A stretch of 64,000 bases of DNA from Salinivirgaceae bacterium (GTDB lineage Bacteria > Bacteroidota > Bacteroidia > Bacteroidales > Salinivirgaceae), in contig DAOOBP010000002.1 of assembly GCA_035407925.1 (NCBI GenBank), positions 3,010 to 67,009 of the forward strand, in the 5' to 3' direction. The stretch's first letter is position 1; each line of letters opens with the position of its first letter. A program made the position numbers and the translations under genes. A model generated the notes under the pieces. It saw only the letters and a list, made by a program, of their open reading frames with translations, did no database searches and was not told the DNA's origin. Below are positions 40,828 through 50,400 of this stretch, piece after piece.

Positions 40828-42047
40828 AACATTTTAAACATTTTTTTATTGTAATATTTTTCCTTTTTTGGGGAAATGTTTATTGCTGTACAACCGCTGT
40901 AATATCAGGCAAAGCTACTAATGACGGACGCGCATTAATTTGGAAATTGCGCGATACCGATTTTTTAAAAAACTATGCAAAAAAGTATCCTGCTGAAGAT
41001 GGGAAATATGCATTTATAGGAATTGTTAATTCTGGCGACAGCTTAGGCAACGAAGTGTGGGCAGGAAACAACGAAGTGGGATTTGCAATTATGAATAGTG
41101 CATCGTTTAACGTAAATCTTAAGGACACCGCAAAAATAAAAAACCGAGAGGGATTTTTTATGAAAAAAGCGTTAGAGACGTGCAAAACTTTGGAGGATTT
41201 TGAAAAACTTCTCTCTGACACCGAAAAGCCAATGGGTTTAGCCGCTCACTTTGGAGTGATAGATGCAAAAGGCGGTGCTGCTTTTTACGAAGTAAACAAT
41301 TACACTTGGACAAAATACGATGCAAACGACCCAAATGTAGCCCCTGATGGATATATTCTGCGAACTAACTTTTCAAAAACAGGAAAACCCAATGTTGGAT
41401 ACGGTTTTGTAAGATTACAAACAGCCGAAAAACTTTTTACCGAAACTGTAAAGGAAAAACCTCTTGACTATCGCACTGTAATACAAAATTTCTCAAGATG
41501 TTTGTACAACCCAATAACCAAAAACAATTACAGAAAGATGTTTGAAAATGAGCCTGCAAGCGATAAATTTATACACTCCGACAACTTAATTACAAGTTTT
41601 GGCTCAGCCTCTAACATTGTTATTCAAGGAGTTAAAGAGAACGAACTACCACAATTCACAACAATGTGGACAGCAGTAGGGTTTCCGAATACATGTATCA
41701 CAGTGCCTCTTTGGATAAGCGAAGCGGAGTTGCCAAACACAATGATTTACGACGATTCGCTAAAGAACTCAAAACTAAATCATTATAACAGGATACTGTC
41801 AAAAGAGTGCTATCCAATAGATAATCCGGACGGATACCACTATTTACAAATATCCAAATTAGTGAATAAAGACAACAACGGATACATTCAGGTTATTGAG
41901 CCAGTTGAGAAAAACATATTCGACGAAACTGATAAGAAACTAAACGAATGGAGGAGTAAAATTCCACCTAAATCGGAAATTGAACAGTTCTACACGCAGA
42001 TAGACGATATCATTGAGAAAACTTACAAAAAAATGCACGATAATTGA
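40824..42047 (+). CDS. secreted Ntn-hydrolase-superfamily protein (C45/C59/C69-like, Cys nucleophile)
   Basis: 407 aa. A signal peptide is followed by CCTTAVISGKATNDGRALIWKLRD, the pattern of Cys-N-terminal nucleophile hydrolases/acyltransferases. The start overlaps the methyltransferase stop (ATGA). Confidence 0.5.
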   Translation: MKHFKHFFIVIFFLFWGNVYCCTTAVISGKATNDGRALIWKLRDTDFLKNYAKKYPAEDGKYAFIGIVNSGDSLGNEVWAGNNEVGFAIMNSASFNVNLKDTAKIKNREGFFMKKALETCKTLEDFEKLLSDTEKPMGLAAHFGVIDAKGGAAFYEVNNYTWTKYDANDPNVAPDGYILRTNFSKTGKPNVGYGFVRLQTAEKLFTETVKEKPLDYRTVIQNFSRCLYNPITKNNYRKMFENEPASDKFIHSDNLITSFGSASNIVIQGVKENELPQFTTMWTAVGFPNTCITVPLWISEAELPNTMIYDDSLKNSKLNHYNRILSKECYPIDNPDGYHYLQISKLVNKDNNGYIQVIEPVEKNIFDETDKKLNEWRSKIPPKSEIEQFYTQIDDIIEKTYKKMHDN

Positions 42048-42104
42048 TAATATATATTTAATTTTCAAGTAACTTTCTTTCGTCAAACTTACAATAAAAT
42101 TTTT

Positions 42105-43571
42105 ATGAGCATAATCAAAAATACTATTAGAGAGATATTAATATTTCTTCACTTAGACCTGACTAAAAACCTTAAATACGACAGACTGACAAAAAAGATA
42201 TTAAAAAAACACCTAAAGCGTGATAGCAATTGCATTGATGTTGGTTGTCACAAAGGCGAAATATTAGATTTAATGCTCTGCTACGCGCCTGATGGGAAAC
42301 ATTATGCTTTTGAACCGATTCCTTATCTGTTTAACAACCTGAAAACCAAGTATAAAAATAAAAAAGTAGAAATTTTTCCCTACGCTCTTTCTGACAACAG
42401 TGGAGAAAGCACATTTCAGCTTGTCAAAAATGCACCTGCATACAGCGGAATTAAAAAAAGACGGTATGATATTTCAAATCCGGATATTGAAGAGATAAAA
42501 GTAACCCTGAAAACTTTAGATGAAATTATCCCTGCGGATGAGCAAATCCACTTAATTAAAATCGATGTCGAAGGCGGAGAGTTTGGAGTTCTGAAAGGCG
42601 CAAAAGATTTGCTAAAAAAGAATAAGCCCACAATTATATTCGAGTGCGGGAAAGGTGGCAGCGACTACTATGGAACCACTCCTAATGATTTGTACGACTT
42701 TATCTCAAACGAAATAGGATTGAAAATTTACACTCTTCAGTCATTTGTCAAAAACAAGCAACCTATTGATAAAGCTGGATTTGAGAGATATTTTAACACC
42801 AATAAAGAGTACTATTTTATAGCTAATGCTGATGAAAATAAAACTGCCACCAGAAAATATCTATTTAACATAAAAACACGTTTAAGCCACAGGCTTATGA
42901 AAACAACGCGTGAAGAAAACAATTACCCACGACCCAACTACAACAAACTGTTTGAGGGAGTCCGTGGTTTTAAAAGCAATGAACATATTCCGAAAAAGGA
43001 GTTTTTTGCCCAATTAGGCAAGCATCAAAATCCGCATACGCTATATATTGGCTGTTCAGATTCGCGTGTAGTGCCAAATTTAGTTACTGGTACAATTCCA
43101 GGCGAACTATTTGTTGTTCGCAACATCGGCAACTTTGTGCCTTTATACGATAGAAACAAAGATACATTTGTAGCCACATCGGCGGTAATTGAATATGCCG
43201 TTAAGCAGCTGCAAGTTAATAACATAGTTGTTTGTGGACACTCAAACTGTGGCGGTTGTGCAGCACTTTACAGTAGCGCAAAAGAGATGAGATCACTGCC
43301 ACATACAAAAAAATGGTTAGAGCTGGCAGCGCCTGTTAAGAAGATTGTAGAAGAACAAATAGAAAAAAACTTAATTTCTGCTGAAGATCGCGGTGTATTT
43401 ACCGAACAGATGAACGTTGTTGTGCAAATTGAGCACCTAATGCAATACCCATATATCCGTAAGGCTGTAAAAAATGGCGATATAACTATAATGGGCTGGT
43501 GGTATCACATTGAGGAGGGCGAGATTTATGACTATGACTTTGAACTTAAGAGGTTTATAAAAGTGGAGTAG
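42105..43571 (+). CDS. fusion protein: FkbM-family methyltransferase (N) + beta-class carbonic anhydrase (C)
   Basis: N-terminal part: CIDVGCHKGE, YAFEPIPYLF and LIKIDVEGGEFGVLKG (FkbM signature). C-terminal part: YIGCSDSRVVP, GELFVVRNIGN and VVCGHSNCGG (beta-CA zinc ligands C-x-D-S-R / H-x-x-C). Single uninterrupted 488-aa ORF. Confidence 0.8.
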   Translation: MSIIKNTIREILIFLHLDLTKNLKYDRLTKKILKKHLKRDSNCIDVGCHKGEILDLMLCYAPDGKHYAFEPIPYLFNNLKTKYKNKKVEIFPYALSDNSGESTFQLVKNAPAYSGIKKRRYDISNPDIEEIKVTLKTLDEIIPADEQIHLIKIDVEGGEFGVLKGAKDLLKKNKPTIIFECGKGGSDYYGTTPNDLYDFISNEIGLKIYTLQSFVKNKQPIDKAGFERYFNTNKEYYFIANADENKTATRKYLFNIKTRLSHRLMKTTREENNYPRPNYNKLFEGVRGFKSNEHIPKKEFFAQLGKHQNPHTLYIGCSDSRVVPNLVTGTIPGELFVVRNIGNFVPLYDRNKDTFVATSAVIEYAVKQLQVNNIVVCGHSNCGGCAALYSSAKEMRSLPHTKKWLELAAPVKKIVEEQIEKNLISAEDRGVFTEQMNVVVQIEHLMQYPYIRKAVKNGDITIMGWWYHIEEGEIYDYDFELKRFIKVE

Positions 43572-43625
43572 AGAAAACGGTTGTCTTAAAATATTTATAA
43601 AAAATCAAGTCGGTGCAATAACTAA

Positions 43626-44522
43626 ATGACAAATCGCTCACAAAATTCATATCTCACACTACGAGAGGCTATTATAAATCTTGGCTATGAGTGGCAGGAG
43701 AAAGATTATTTTTTCTGCCACGGCGTACTCCCGGTAATCGAAAATGCAACTGCCGACATGAAAGAGTATGTTGGTATTTTAATGTGTACCGATGGCGATA
43801 TCGACATAAGTATCAATCAAATAGATTACCATATAACGGCATCGACCTTGCTTATTGCACATCCCTCTTCCATTGTACATATTATTCGTTCAAAAAGAGA
43901 ATACCACGGCATACTTTTGTTCGTTGCACGAGATTTTCTGGCTAAAAACATTGTGAACGCTCAACTTGTAAAACCTTTTCGTCAAATTAACAATCACCAG
44001 TACACACTTACCGACCTTACTAAAGAGCAGCAAAAAATTCTTATCGATATTTATAAACTAATTTATAAAAAAAGGGAGACCAAAAGCTCTGTATTTCAAC
44101 AAGAAACATTACGTAATCTGTTTTTGGTTTTTGTCTGTGAGGTAGCCGAAATCTTCCTGAAAAGCAAAAAAGTTGAAAACCGTTCTACAAGAAACGAAGA
44201 AATTACCGACTCATTTTTTAACCTACTTCTACAACCGATAAAAATTAGTAATAAAACTGCATTTTTTGCCAATCAACTAAACATATCTTCAAAACACCTG
44301 ATTAAAGCAATTAAGACAACCACAGGCAAATCTCCCGGCACTTTTATCAATGAAAAAATAACTGATCATGCAAAGGTTTTGTTAACCGATAAAGAGCTAA
44401 CCATTAGTCAAGTTTCAGAAAAACTCGGATTTTCAGAGACATCCTCATTTAGCAAATTTTTCAAAAAGCAAACCAAATTATCGCCCACACAGTTTAAAGA
44501 GCAGATATATAGAGAATTTTAG
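43626..44522 (+). CDS. AraC-family transcriptional regulator
   Basis: 298 aa. C-terminal double HTH (ANQLNISSKHLIKAIK..., ISQVSEKLGFSETSSFSKFFKKQT). Confidence 0.85.
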   Translation: MTNRSQNSYLTLREAIINLGYEWQEKDYFFCHGVLPVIENATADMKEYVGILMCTDGDIDISINQIDYHITASTLLIAHPSSIVHIIRSKREYHGILLFVARDFLAKNIVNAQLVKPFRQINNHQYTLTDLTKEQQKILIDIYKLIYKKRETKSSVFQQETLRNLFLVFVCEVAEIFLKSKKVENRSTRNEEITDSFFNLLLQPIKISNKTAFFANQLNISSKHLIKAIKTTTGKSPGTFINEKITDHAKVLLTDKELTISQVSEKLGFSETSSFSKFFKKQTKLSPTQFKEQIYREF

Positions 44523-44596
44523 GCAACTATATGTGAATTATAGGCAAAGTAACTTTCACACTGTTTGTTAATTTTGTAGTGTAAAATTTATATGTT

Positions 44597-45427
44597 TTGG
44601 CTGATAAATTACCTAAATATCCATATAATTTGGGATATGCGCTAAGTGGCGGTGGCGCACGTGGATATGCGCATTTAGGTGTGCTAAGCGCATTGGATGC
44701 TTATGACGTAAAACCTCAAATTATTGCAGGAACAAGTGTAGGCTCGCTTGCAGGTGTTCTTTACGCAGACGGATATTCTCCTGAAGAGATTCTAGAAATT
44801 TCGGCAAATATAAATTTCAAACAGTTAGTAGAAATTACCAAGCCCACATCGGGTTTTTTAAAAACTTCTGGTGTTACAAATTTCCTTCGTAAACATTTAC
44901 GGGCAAAATCTTTCGAAGAACTTAAGATTCCTTTTGTTGCTGTTGCGACCGATATGTATAATTCTACCACACATACATTTTCAGAAGGCAAAAATTTGAT
45001 TGAAGCGGTAGTTGCTTCATGTAGCATACCCATTCTTTTTGAACCACAAAAAATAAACGGCAAATATTATTCTGACGGCGGTATTTTTAAAAACCTGCCT
45101 GTTTCTGTTATTCGCGACCAATGTCGATACGTGATTGCAAGCAATGTTTCGCTGATGCAGAAACTTCCTGAGCCATTGACTATGAGGTCAATAGTTGAAC
45201 ATACTTTCAAAATGATGTCTAACGCTAATGTGCTGGAAGATAGCAAATTGTGTGATGTTCTTATTGAAGTTCACGGATTGAAACATACGAAAATGTTTGA
45301 TTTAGACAAAAAGGAGAGATTGGTAGAAATAGGTAAAGATGCTGCAACAATAAAATTAAATGAAAAAGATGCCAAAAAAATTCTGTCAAATTGCATAAAA
45401 TATGACAAACTAATGAGCAATAATTAA
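44597..45427 (+). CDS. patatin-like phospholipase
   Basis: GYALSGGGARGYAHLGVL oxyanion motif, GTSVGS nucleophile elbow and a DGG catalytic Asp region. The track start is TTG, so the start is uncertain. Confidence 0.85.
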   Translation: MADKLPKYPYNLGYALSGGGARGYAHLGVLSALDAYDVKPQIIAGTSVGSLAGVLYADGYSPEEILEISANINFKQLVEITKPTSGFLKTSGVTNFLRKHLRAKSFEELKIPFVAVATDMYNSTTHTFSEGKNLIEAVVASCSIPILFEPQKINGKYYSDGGIFKNLPVSVIRDQCRYVIASNVSLMQKLPEPLTMRSIVEHTFKMMSNANVLEDSKLCDVLIEVHGLKHTKMFDLDKKERLVEIGKDAATIKLNEKDAKKILSNCIKYDKLMSNN

Positions 45428-45458
45428 TAAAACTAAATAACAATTTAATTTAAACAAA

Positions 45459-47336
45459 ATGGACAAAAATAACGTAACCGATAATTCTCCGCGAAAGCCC
45501 AATATCAACTGGAGAAGCTTCTTATGGACAATGGCATTATTGCTGATACTTAACTCTTTAGTATTTCCTTATCTCTTCAAACCTAAAATTATCCCGACAA
45601 CATACAGCGCTTTTCTCAACAAAGTTGATTCAGGGTTAGTCAAGCAGGTAAACATTGACGGGAACAAAGTCTTTTTTACCACATCCAACGGCGGAGTTGA
45701 CAGAAAAGGCGACCCACAAGATGTCGTTTTTCAAACAGGCAGAATGAGCGATGACAATTTAGTTGACCGACTTTTGCTGGCAGAGAGTCCTAACGAAAAC
45801 GGAAAAATCGAATTTAGCGAAACCATTCCTCGCGAAAACTCCCCAATTTTAAACTTCCTGCTTTACTGGGTATTGCCCGGAGCAATTTTCTACTTTATTT
45901 GGCGAAGCGCAATGAGGTCTATGGGTGGGAAACTCGGCAGAAACTATATGAGCTTTGGACAAAACAAAGAAAAGATTTATGCCGAAGATGAGATAAAAAC
46001 CACATTCGCCGACGTTGCTGGACAAGAAGAAGCCAAAGAGTCACTGAGCGAAATTGTTGATTTTCTGCATAATCCAAAAAAATACGCTGAAATAGGTGCC
46101 ACACTGCCCAAAGGTGTTTTATTAGTTGGTCCTCCGGGGACAGGTAAAACGCTTATAGCAAGAGCAGTAGCAGGCGAAACAAAAGTGCCTTTCTTTGCCC
46201 TTTCCGGCTCCGAATTTGTTCAAATGTTTGTGGGGATGGGTGCAGCCAAGGTACGCGACCTGTTTAGTCAGGCAAACAAAAAAGCCCCCTGTATTATTTT
46301 CATTGACGAGATTGACGCCATTGGCAAAAGGCGCGATGGAATGACCACCAACGATGAGCGTGAACAAACTCTAAACCAACTGCTTACCGAAATGGACGGT
46401 TTCAATGGGCAAAAGGGAGTTGTTATTTTGGCAGCAACCAACCGCCCCGAAAGTTTAGACAAAGCACTGCTTCGCCCCGGAAGATTCGACCGCCGGGTAC
46501 AAATGGAACTTCCTGATTTAGAGGGACGAAAAGCGATATTGCAAGTCCACCTGAAAAAAGTTAAGCACGACGAAATTGATTTGAATTTAATCGCACGAGC
46601 AACATCTGGCGCATCGGGTGCCGAAATAGCAAATATTGTGAATGAAGCTGCTCTTAGAGCCGTTAGAAATAATCGTAACAGCTTAACAACAAACGACTTG
46701 GAAGAGAGTATCGAAACCGTTATCGCAGGGGCACAACGCAAAGGCAAAGTAATTTCCGACGAAGAGAAACGTATTATAGCTTATCACGAAATAGGACACG
46801 CTTTGGTTGCTGCAATGCAGACACACTCAGCGCCTGTGCATAAAATTACAATTATCCCACGCACATCGGGAGCACTCGGCTATACCATGCAGATTGACGA
46901 AAACGAGCGTAACCTATACAGCAAAGAAGATTTAGAAAATAGAATAGCCACACTTACAGGAGGACGTGCCGCCGAAGAAGTTGTTTTCAACAAAGTTACA
47001 ACAGGAGCGTCCAACGATATTGAACAAGCCACAAAACTTGCTCGTGCCATGGTTACTCGCTACGGGATGAGCGAGGAGTTTGATATGGTGGCGTTGGAAA
47101 CTGTAAACAATCCATATTTAAGTAGCGATACGTCATTGAGTTGCTCTCCTGAAACAGCTGCCAGAATTGATGATGTTGTCCTTTCCATTGTGAAAAATGC
47201 TCATGAAAAGGCAAAAAACATCATTCGCGAAAATGAGACCAAAATGCACGAACTGTCCGAATATCTCCTTAAAAAAGAGACTATTACAGGAGAAGAGTTT
47301 ATGAATATATTAGAGAATAAAAATAAAACGACATAA
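45459..47336 (+). CDS. ftsH: ATP-dependent zinc metalloprotease FtsH
   Basis: GPPGTGKT Walker [10 protein letters not shown] Walker B, the SRH region, and HEIGHAL zinc site. Confidence 0.95.
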   Translation: MDKNNVTDNSPRKPNINWRSFLWTMALLLILNSLVFPYLFKPKIIPTTYSAFLNKVDSGLVKQVNIDGNKVFFTTSNGGVDRKGDPQDVVFQTGRMSDDNLVDRLLLAESPNENGKIEFSETIPRENSPILNFLLYWVLPGAIFYFIWRSAMRSMGGKLGRNYMSFGQNKEKIYAEDEIKTTFADVAGQEEAKESLSEIVDFLHNPKKYAEIGATLPKGVLLVGPPGTGKTLIARAVAGETKVPFFALSGSEFVQMFVGMGAAKVRDLFSQANKKAPCIIFIDEIDAIGKRRDGMTTNDEREQTLNQLLTEMDGFNGQKGVVILAATNRPESLDKALLRPGRFDRRVQMELPDLEGRKAILQVHLKKVKHDEIDLNLIARATSGASGAEIANIVNEAALRAVRNNRNSLTTNDLEESIETVIAGAQRKGKVISDEEKRIIAYHEIGHALVAAMQTHSAPVHKITIIPRTSGALGYTMQIDENERNLYSKEDLENRIATLTGGRAAEEVVFNKVTTGASNDIEQATKLARAMVTRYGMSEEFDMVALETVNNPYLSSDTSLSCSPETAARIDDVVLSIVKNAHEKAKNIIRENETKMHELSEYLLKKETITGEEFMNILENKNKTT

Positions 47337-47364
47337 TTACAAAACCTTATAAATTTATATACAT

Positions 47365-47931
47365 ATGAAACATACATTTAAGAAAATTGAAAAAGCCATT
47401 AAACGATGGTATTTGATGCTCATTGTAGGGGTAGTGTTCATTGCATTAGGTATTTGGACATTTGCTACGCCTGCAGATGCTTATGCTGCCTTATCCTTTG
47501 TGTTTGCTTTTGGATTTCTCGTTAATGGAATCACCGAAGTAATTTTTGCCTTTGGCAACAAGCACCAAAATTGGGGCTGGTCATTGGCACTGGGTATATT
47601 AAGTGCTGCGGTGGGGATTTTATTGTTACTTAACCCTGCCACAACAATGGCTACCTTGCCCTATTATGTTGGATTTACTTTGCTTTTCCGCTCCATATCG
47701 GGCATGGTCACAGCTTACGATATGAAACAGTACGGCATTTTAGATTGGGGCACACTAATGGTAACCGCCGTATTGAGCTTGATTTTTTCATTTATTTTAC
47801 TGTGGAATCCAATGTTCGCAGGAGTTAGCGTAGTTATTTGGACAGCGTTAGCATTTATACTGTTAGGAGTATATTCTATCTATTTCTCCTTTAAATTGCG
47901 AAAACTGAATAAGATGATGAAAGAGGAATAA
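47365..47931 (+). CDS. HdeD/DUF308-family membrane protein
   Basis: 188 aa with six short helices that repeat the G.....G(I/L) pattern typical of DUF308. Confidence 0.55.
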   Translation: MKHTFKKIEKAIKRWYLMLIVGVVFIALGIWTFATPADAYAALSFVFAFGFLVNGITEVIFAFGNKHQNWGWSLALGILSAAVGILLLLNPATTMATLPYYVGFTLLFRSISGMVTAYDMKQYGILDWGTLMVTAVLSLIFSFILLWNPMFAGVSVVIWTALAFILLGVYSIYFSFKLRKLNKMMKEE

Positions 47932-47956
47932 CAAACACATTCGTTTACTTAACAAT

Positions 47957-47996
47957 AAAAACAGTTACTATCTTATTTGGGTGGTAACTGTTTTTT
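47957..47996. terminator. bidirectional intrinsic terminator between the convergent DUF308 gene and corA
   Basis: 12-bp perfect stem aaaaacagttac / gtaactgttttt with a 15-nt loop. An A-run lies on the left and a T-run on the right. Confidence 0.65.
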
Positions 47997-48030
47997 GTTT
48001 TCCTTTAATAATACTGATATTATATCCAAC

Positions 48031-49131
48031 TTAAAACCATTTCTTTCTACGAAAATATATTATCATACCGAAGAAAACACAGATAATAATTATCCATATC
48101 CCCAAGTAACCGTACTCCCATTCAAGTTCAGGCATATTTGAAAAATTCATCCCATAAATGCCTGCAATAAAGGTTAATGGAATAAATATAGTAGCGACAA
48201 TTGTAAGAGTTTTCATAACTTGATTCATTCTATGCCCTTGCACAGAAAAAAACAAATTTGTTTCACTTTCAAGTGATGAGAGAATCATATCGCAACTATC
48301 TATCAGAGTTAAACATAAATCCTTAATTTCAGCAAAATATTTCAAGTGTTTTTCTTCGATAAATTGAGATTCGCCACGTTCAACTATCAGAGTAAACTCT
48401 TTTATCGGCAGGATAGACTTCTTGATAAAATGAACTAATTTTTTATGATTTTCAATAACTTCAAGCGCATTCGGTAAGGGGTCTTTTTTAGTATTTATAA
48501 AATTAAAATTTTCAATCTCTTCATCTAACTTTGTGAGAGTTTTAAAGTAGTTATCAAGAATTGACTCAAGCATCGTATAAAGCAGGTAATCGGCAGTACT
48601 CTCTCTTAAAATACCTTTATTTTCTCTTAACCTAACTCTAAGGTGTTCGAAGAAGTCCGCTTTTCGCTCTTGAAAGGAGATTAGATAGTTTGAACTAAAA
48701 ACAAAACTTATCTGCTCCGCCAACACTTCACTTTCTGACGGAAGAATTGATTTTAAAGTCAGAAATGAAAAGTTCTCATACTCCTGAAACTTAGGTCTTT
48801 GACTAACATCAAGAATATCTTGAATTACTAAACTATGAATACCTAACTTTTCACATATCGAGACTAAAGTTTCGGTTTCGCTTAATCCATTAATATTTAA
48901 CCAGTAGCTGTTTTCGTTTTTTTCAAACGCACTGATGTTTTCAGGTGAAATACTTTTTATTTCATTACACTTCTCCTTTCTATACTCAAATAGCTGAATA
49001 TCAATTTTATTAATCTTTAAATTCCCGGTAAAAGTAAATTCTTTAGGGTCACTCTTTTTTCGATTAAGAATTGATATAAAGTGCGATAGATTAATGAATT
49101 CCTTTGTTTTATTTTGCTTGATTTGTCTCAT
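48031..49131 (-). CDS. corA: CorA-family magnesium/cobalt transporter
   Basis: 366 aa. The YGMNF signature lies before the last TM helix. Confidence 0.9.
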   Translation of the reverse strand: MRQIKQNKTKEFINLSHFISILNRKKSDPKEFTFTGNLKINKIDIQLFEYRKEKCNEIKSISPENISAFEKNENSYWLNINGLSETETLVSICEKLGIHSLVIQDILDVSQRPKFQEYENFSFLTLKSILPSESEVLAEQISFVFSSNYLISFQERKADFFEHLRVRLRENKGILRESTADYLLYTMLESILDNYFKTLTKLDEEIENFNFINTKKDPLPNALEVIENHKKLVHFIKKSILPIKEFTLIVERGESQFIEEKHLKYFAEIKDLCLTLIDSCDMILSSLESETNLFFSVQGHRMNQVMKTLTIVATIFIPLTFIAGIYGMNFSNMPELEWEYGYLGIWIIIICVFFGMIIYFRRKKWF

Positions 49132-49193
49132 ATTATTCAGTCATTAATTCTACTTTCAACAATCGAAATTATAGCTATTCGACTCAGCTTTTA

Positions 49194-49330
49194 TTTACAA
49201 ATTTACAAAAAATTTATCTACGAGTTTACAAGCCTTATCATCAAAGGACATGTTTATAAATGTTTCAGTTTGAAAATACATTTGTAAAGTTTATTTTACA
49301 AAATATCAATTTTATTTGTCATATTGTAAA
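49194..49330. promoter_or_regulatory. cluster of six TTTACAA/TTGTAAA half-sites plus a TAnnTTTG -7-like box in the divergent corA / HTH-regulator intergenic region
   Basis: TTTACAA occurs at 49194, 49202, 49225 and 49295. TTGTAAA occurs at 49282 and 49324. TACATTTG at 49278-49285 fits the Bacteroidota -7 consensus TAnnTTTG. Confidence 0.3.
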
Positions 49331-49523
49331 ACAAACATTACCTTTGTAGCTCATCAAAAAAACTATTTTTATGAAAACAAGAAATTTACTTCCTCACAGC
49401 TGGCGCAAGGTCGGCTGGATTTTGTCAACAATTGGCATAGTATTAGGCTTGCTCTATTTCACACAAATGTCGCTTTTATCATTAAATTAAGAGTGGCAAT
49501 GTACCGATTAAATCGCAGTCGCA

Positions 49524-49724
49524 ATGAAGAATAGGATTAGAGTAGAACGTGCCGAACTTGGACTCACGCAAGAGCAAGTCGCAGAGAAGATTGGCGTTAG
49601 CAGACAGACGATAAATGCCATAGAAAAGGGCAAGTATGCGCCTTCGGTAGTGCTTGCATTAAAGTTAGCTCGACTTTTTGAAAAGCAAGTTGATGATATT
49701 TTTGAATTGGAGGCGGAGGATTAG
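49524..49724 (+). CDS. small XRE-family HTH transcriptional regulator
   Basis: 66 aa. RIRVERAELGLTQEQVAEKIGVSRQTINAIEKGKY. Confidence 0.85.
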   Translation: MKNRIRVERAELGLTQEQVAEKIGVSRQTINAIEKGKYAPSVVLALKLARLFEKQVDDIFELEAED

Positions 49725-49750
49725 GCTGCCTGTACACAAAAAAAAGCAAA

Positions 49751-49774
49751 AAGCCCACGAATCACTTCGCGGGC
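49751..49774 (-). terminator. intrinsic terminator downstream of tpx
   Basis: agcccacgaa-tcac-ttcgcgggct, with 9 of 10 pairs. On the minus strand it is followed by a T-rich run (ttttgctttttttt). Confidence 0.55.
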
Positions 49775-49804
49775 TTCTCATTATTAACACAATTCTTACT
49801 AAAA

Positions 49805-50344
49805 CTATACTATCGAATTAATAGCTGAATCGTAATTAGGCTCCTGGGTAATCTCGGGAACTAACTCAGTATAAGCCACTTCCCCTTCTGGATTTACAAC
49901 TACTATCGCACGTGCCAATAGCCCTTTGAGCGGACCGTCGGTCATCATAACGCCATATTTTTCGGCAAAAGAGTGGTCGCGGAATATTGAAAGCGTGACA
50001 ACATTATCCAACCCCTCTGTGGAGCAAAAACGCCCCGAAGCGAACGGCAAATCTGCTGAAATACAAAGAACTACGCTATTCTTAATGGTAGATGCTATTT
50101 TGTTAAATCTCCTAACAGAGGTAGCGCACACTGCAGTGTCTAAACTCGGAAAGATGTTCAGTATCACATTTTTACCTTTATAGTCTGAAAGTTTGGCTTC
50201 TGATAAGTCACCTTTAACTAATGAGAAATCAGGCGCTAGTGTTCCCACTTTGGGCAAGTTGCCACTAATGCTGACAGGATTGCCCTTGAATGTAATTTTT
50301 GTCATGTTCTTTTTGATTTTATTAATTTTTACTTCTATTTTCAA
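49805..50344 (-). CDS. tpx: thiol peroxidase (atypical 2-Cys peroxiredoxin)
   Basis: ITFKGNPVSISGNLPKVGTLAPDFSL..NIFPSLDTAVCATS. The likely true start is MTKITF at 50305. Confidence 0.9.
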   Translation of the reverse strand: MKIEVKINKIKKNMTKITFKGNPVSISGNLPKVGTLAPDFSLVKGDLSEAKLSDYKGKNVILNIFPSLDTAVCATSVRRFNKIASTIKNSVVLCISADLPFASGRFCSTEGLDNVVTLSIFRDHSFAEKYGVMMTDGPLKGLLARAIVVVNPEGEVAYTELVPEITQEPNYDSAINSIV

Positions 50345-50400
50345 ATTTCAAATCTTAAACAATGTAAATGAATAAAAGTTCGTTTTTTATCGATTTTAAT

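Noticed and set aside
46268-46747. 159-aa minus-strand ORF, and neighbouring shorter ones, inside ftsH
   Set aside because: They are antisense to a highly conserved, unambiguous gene. The same reasoning applies to 17165-17548 (+, inside the acetyltransferase), 26694-27044 (+), 30491-30871 (-), 32439-32861 (-), 36121-36636 (-), 43691-43945 (+) and the other short track ORFs that overlap well-supported genes.
49316-49534. 72-aa track ORF upstream of and overlapping the XRE regulator start
   Set aside because: It has no motif and spans promoter-like AT-rich sequence. A different frame holds a more plausible 39-codon membrane-helix ORF (49371-49490). Neither was called as a confident gene.
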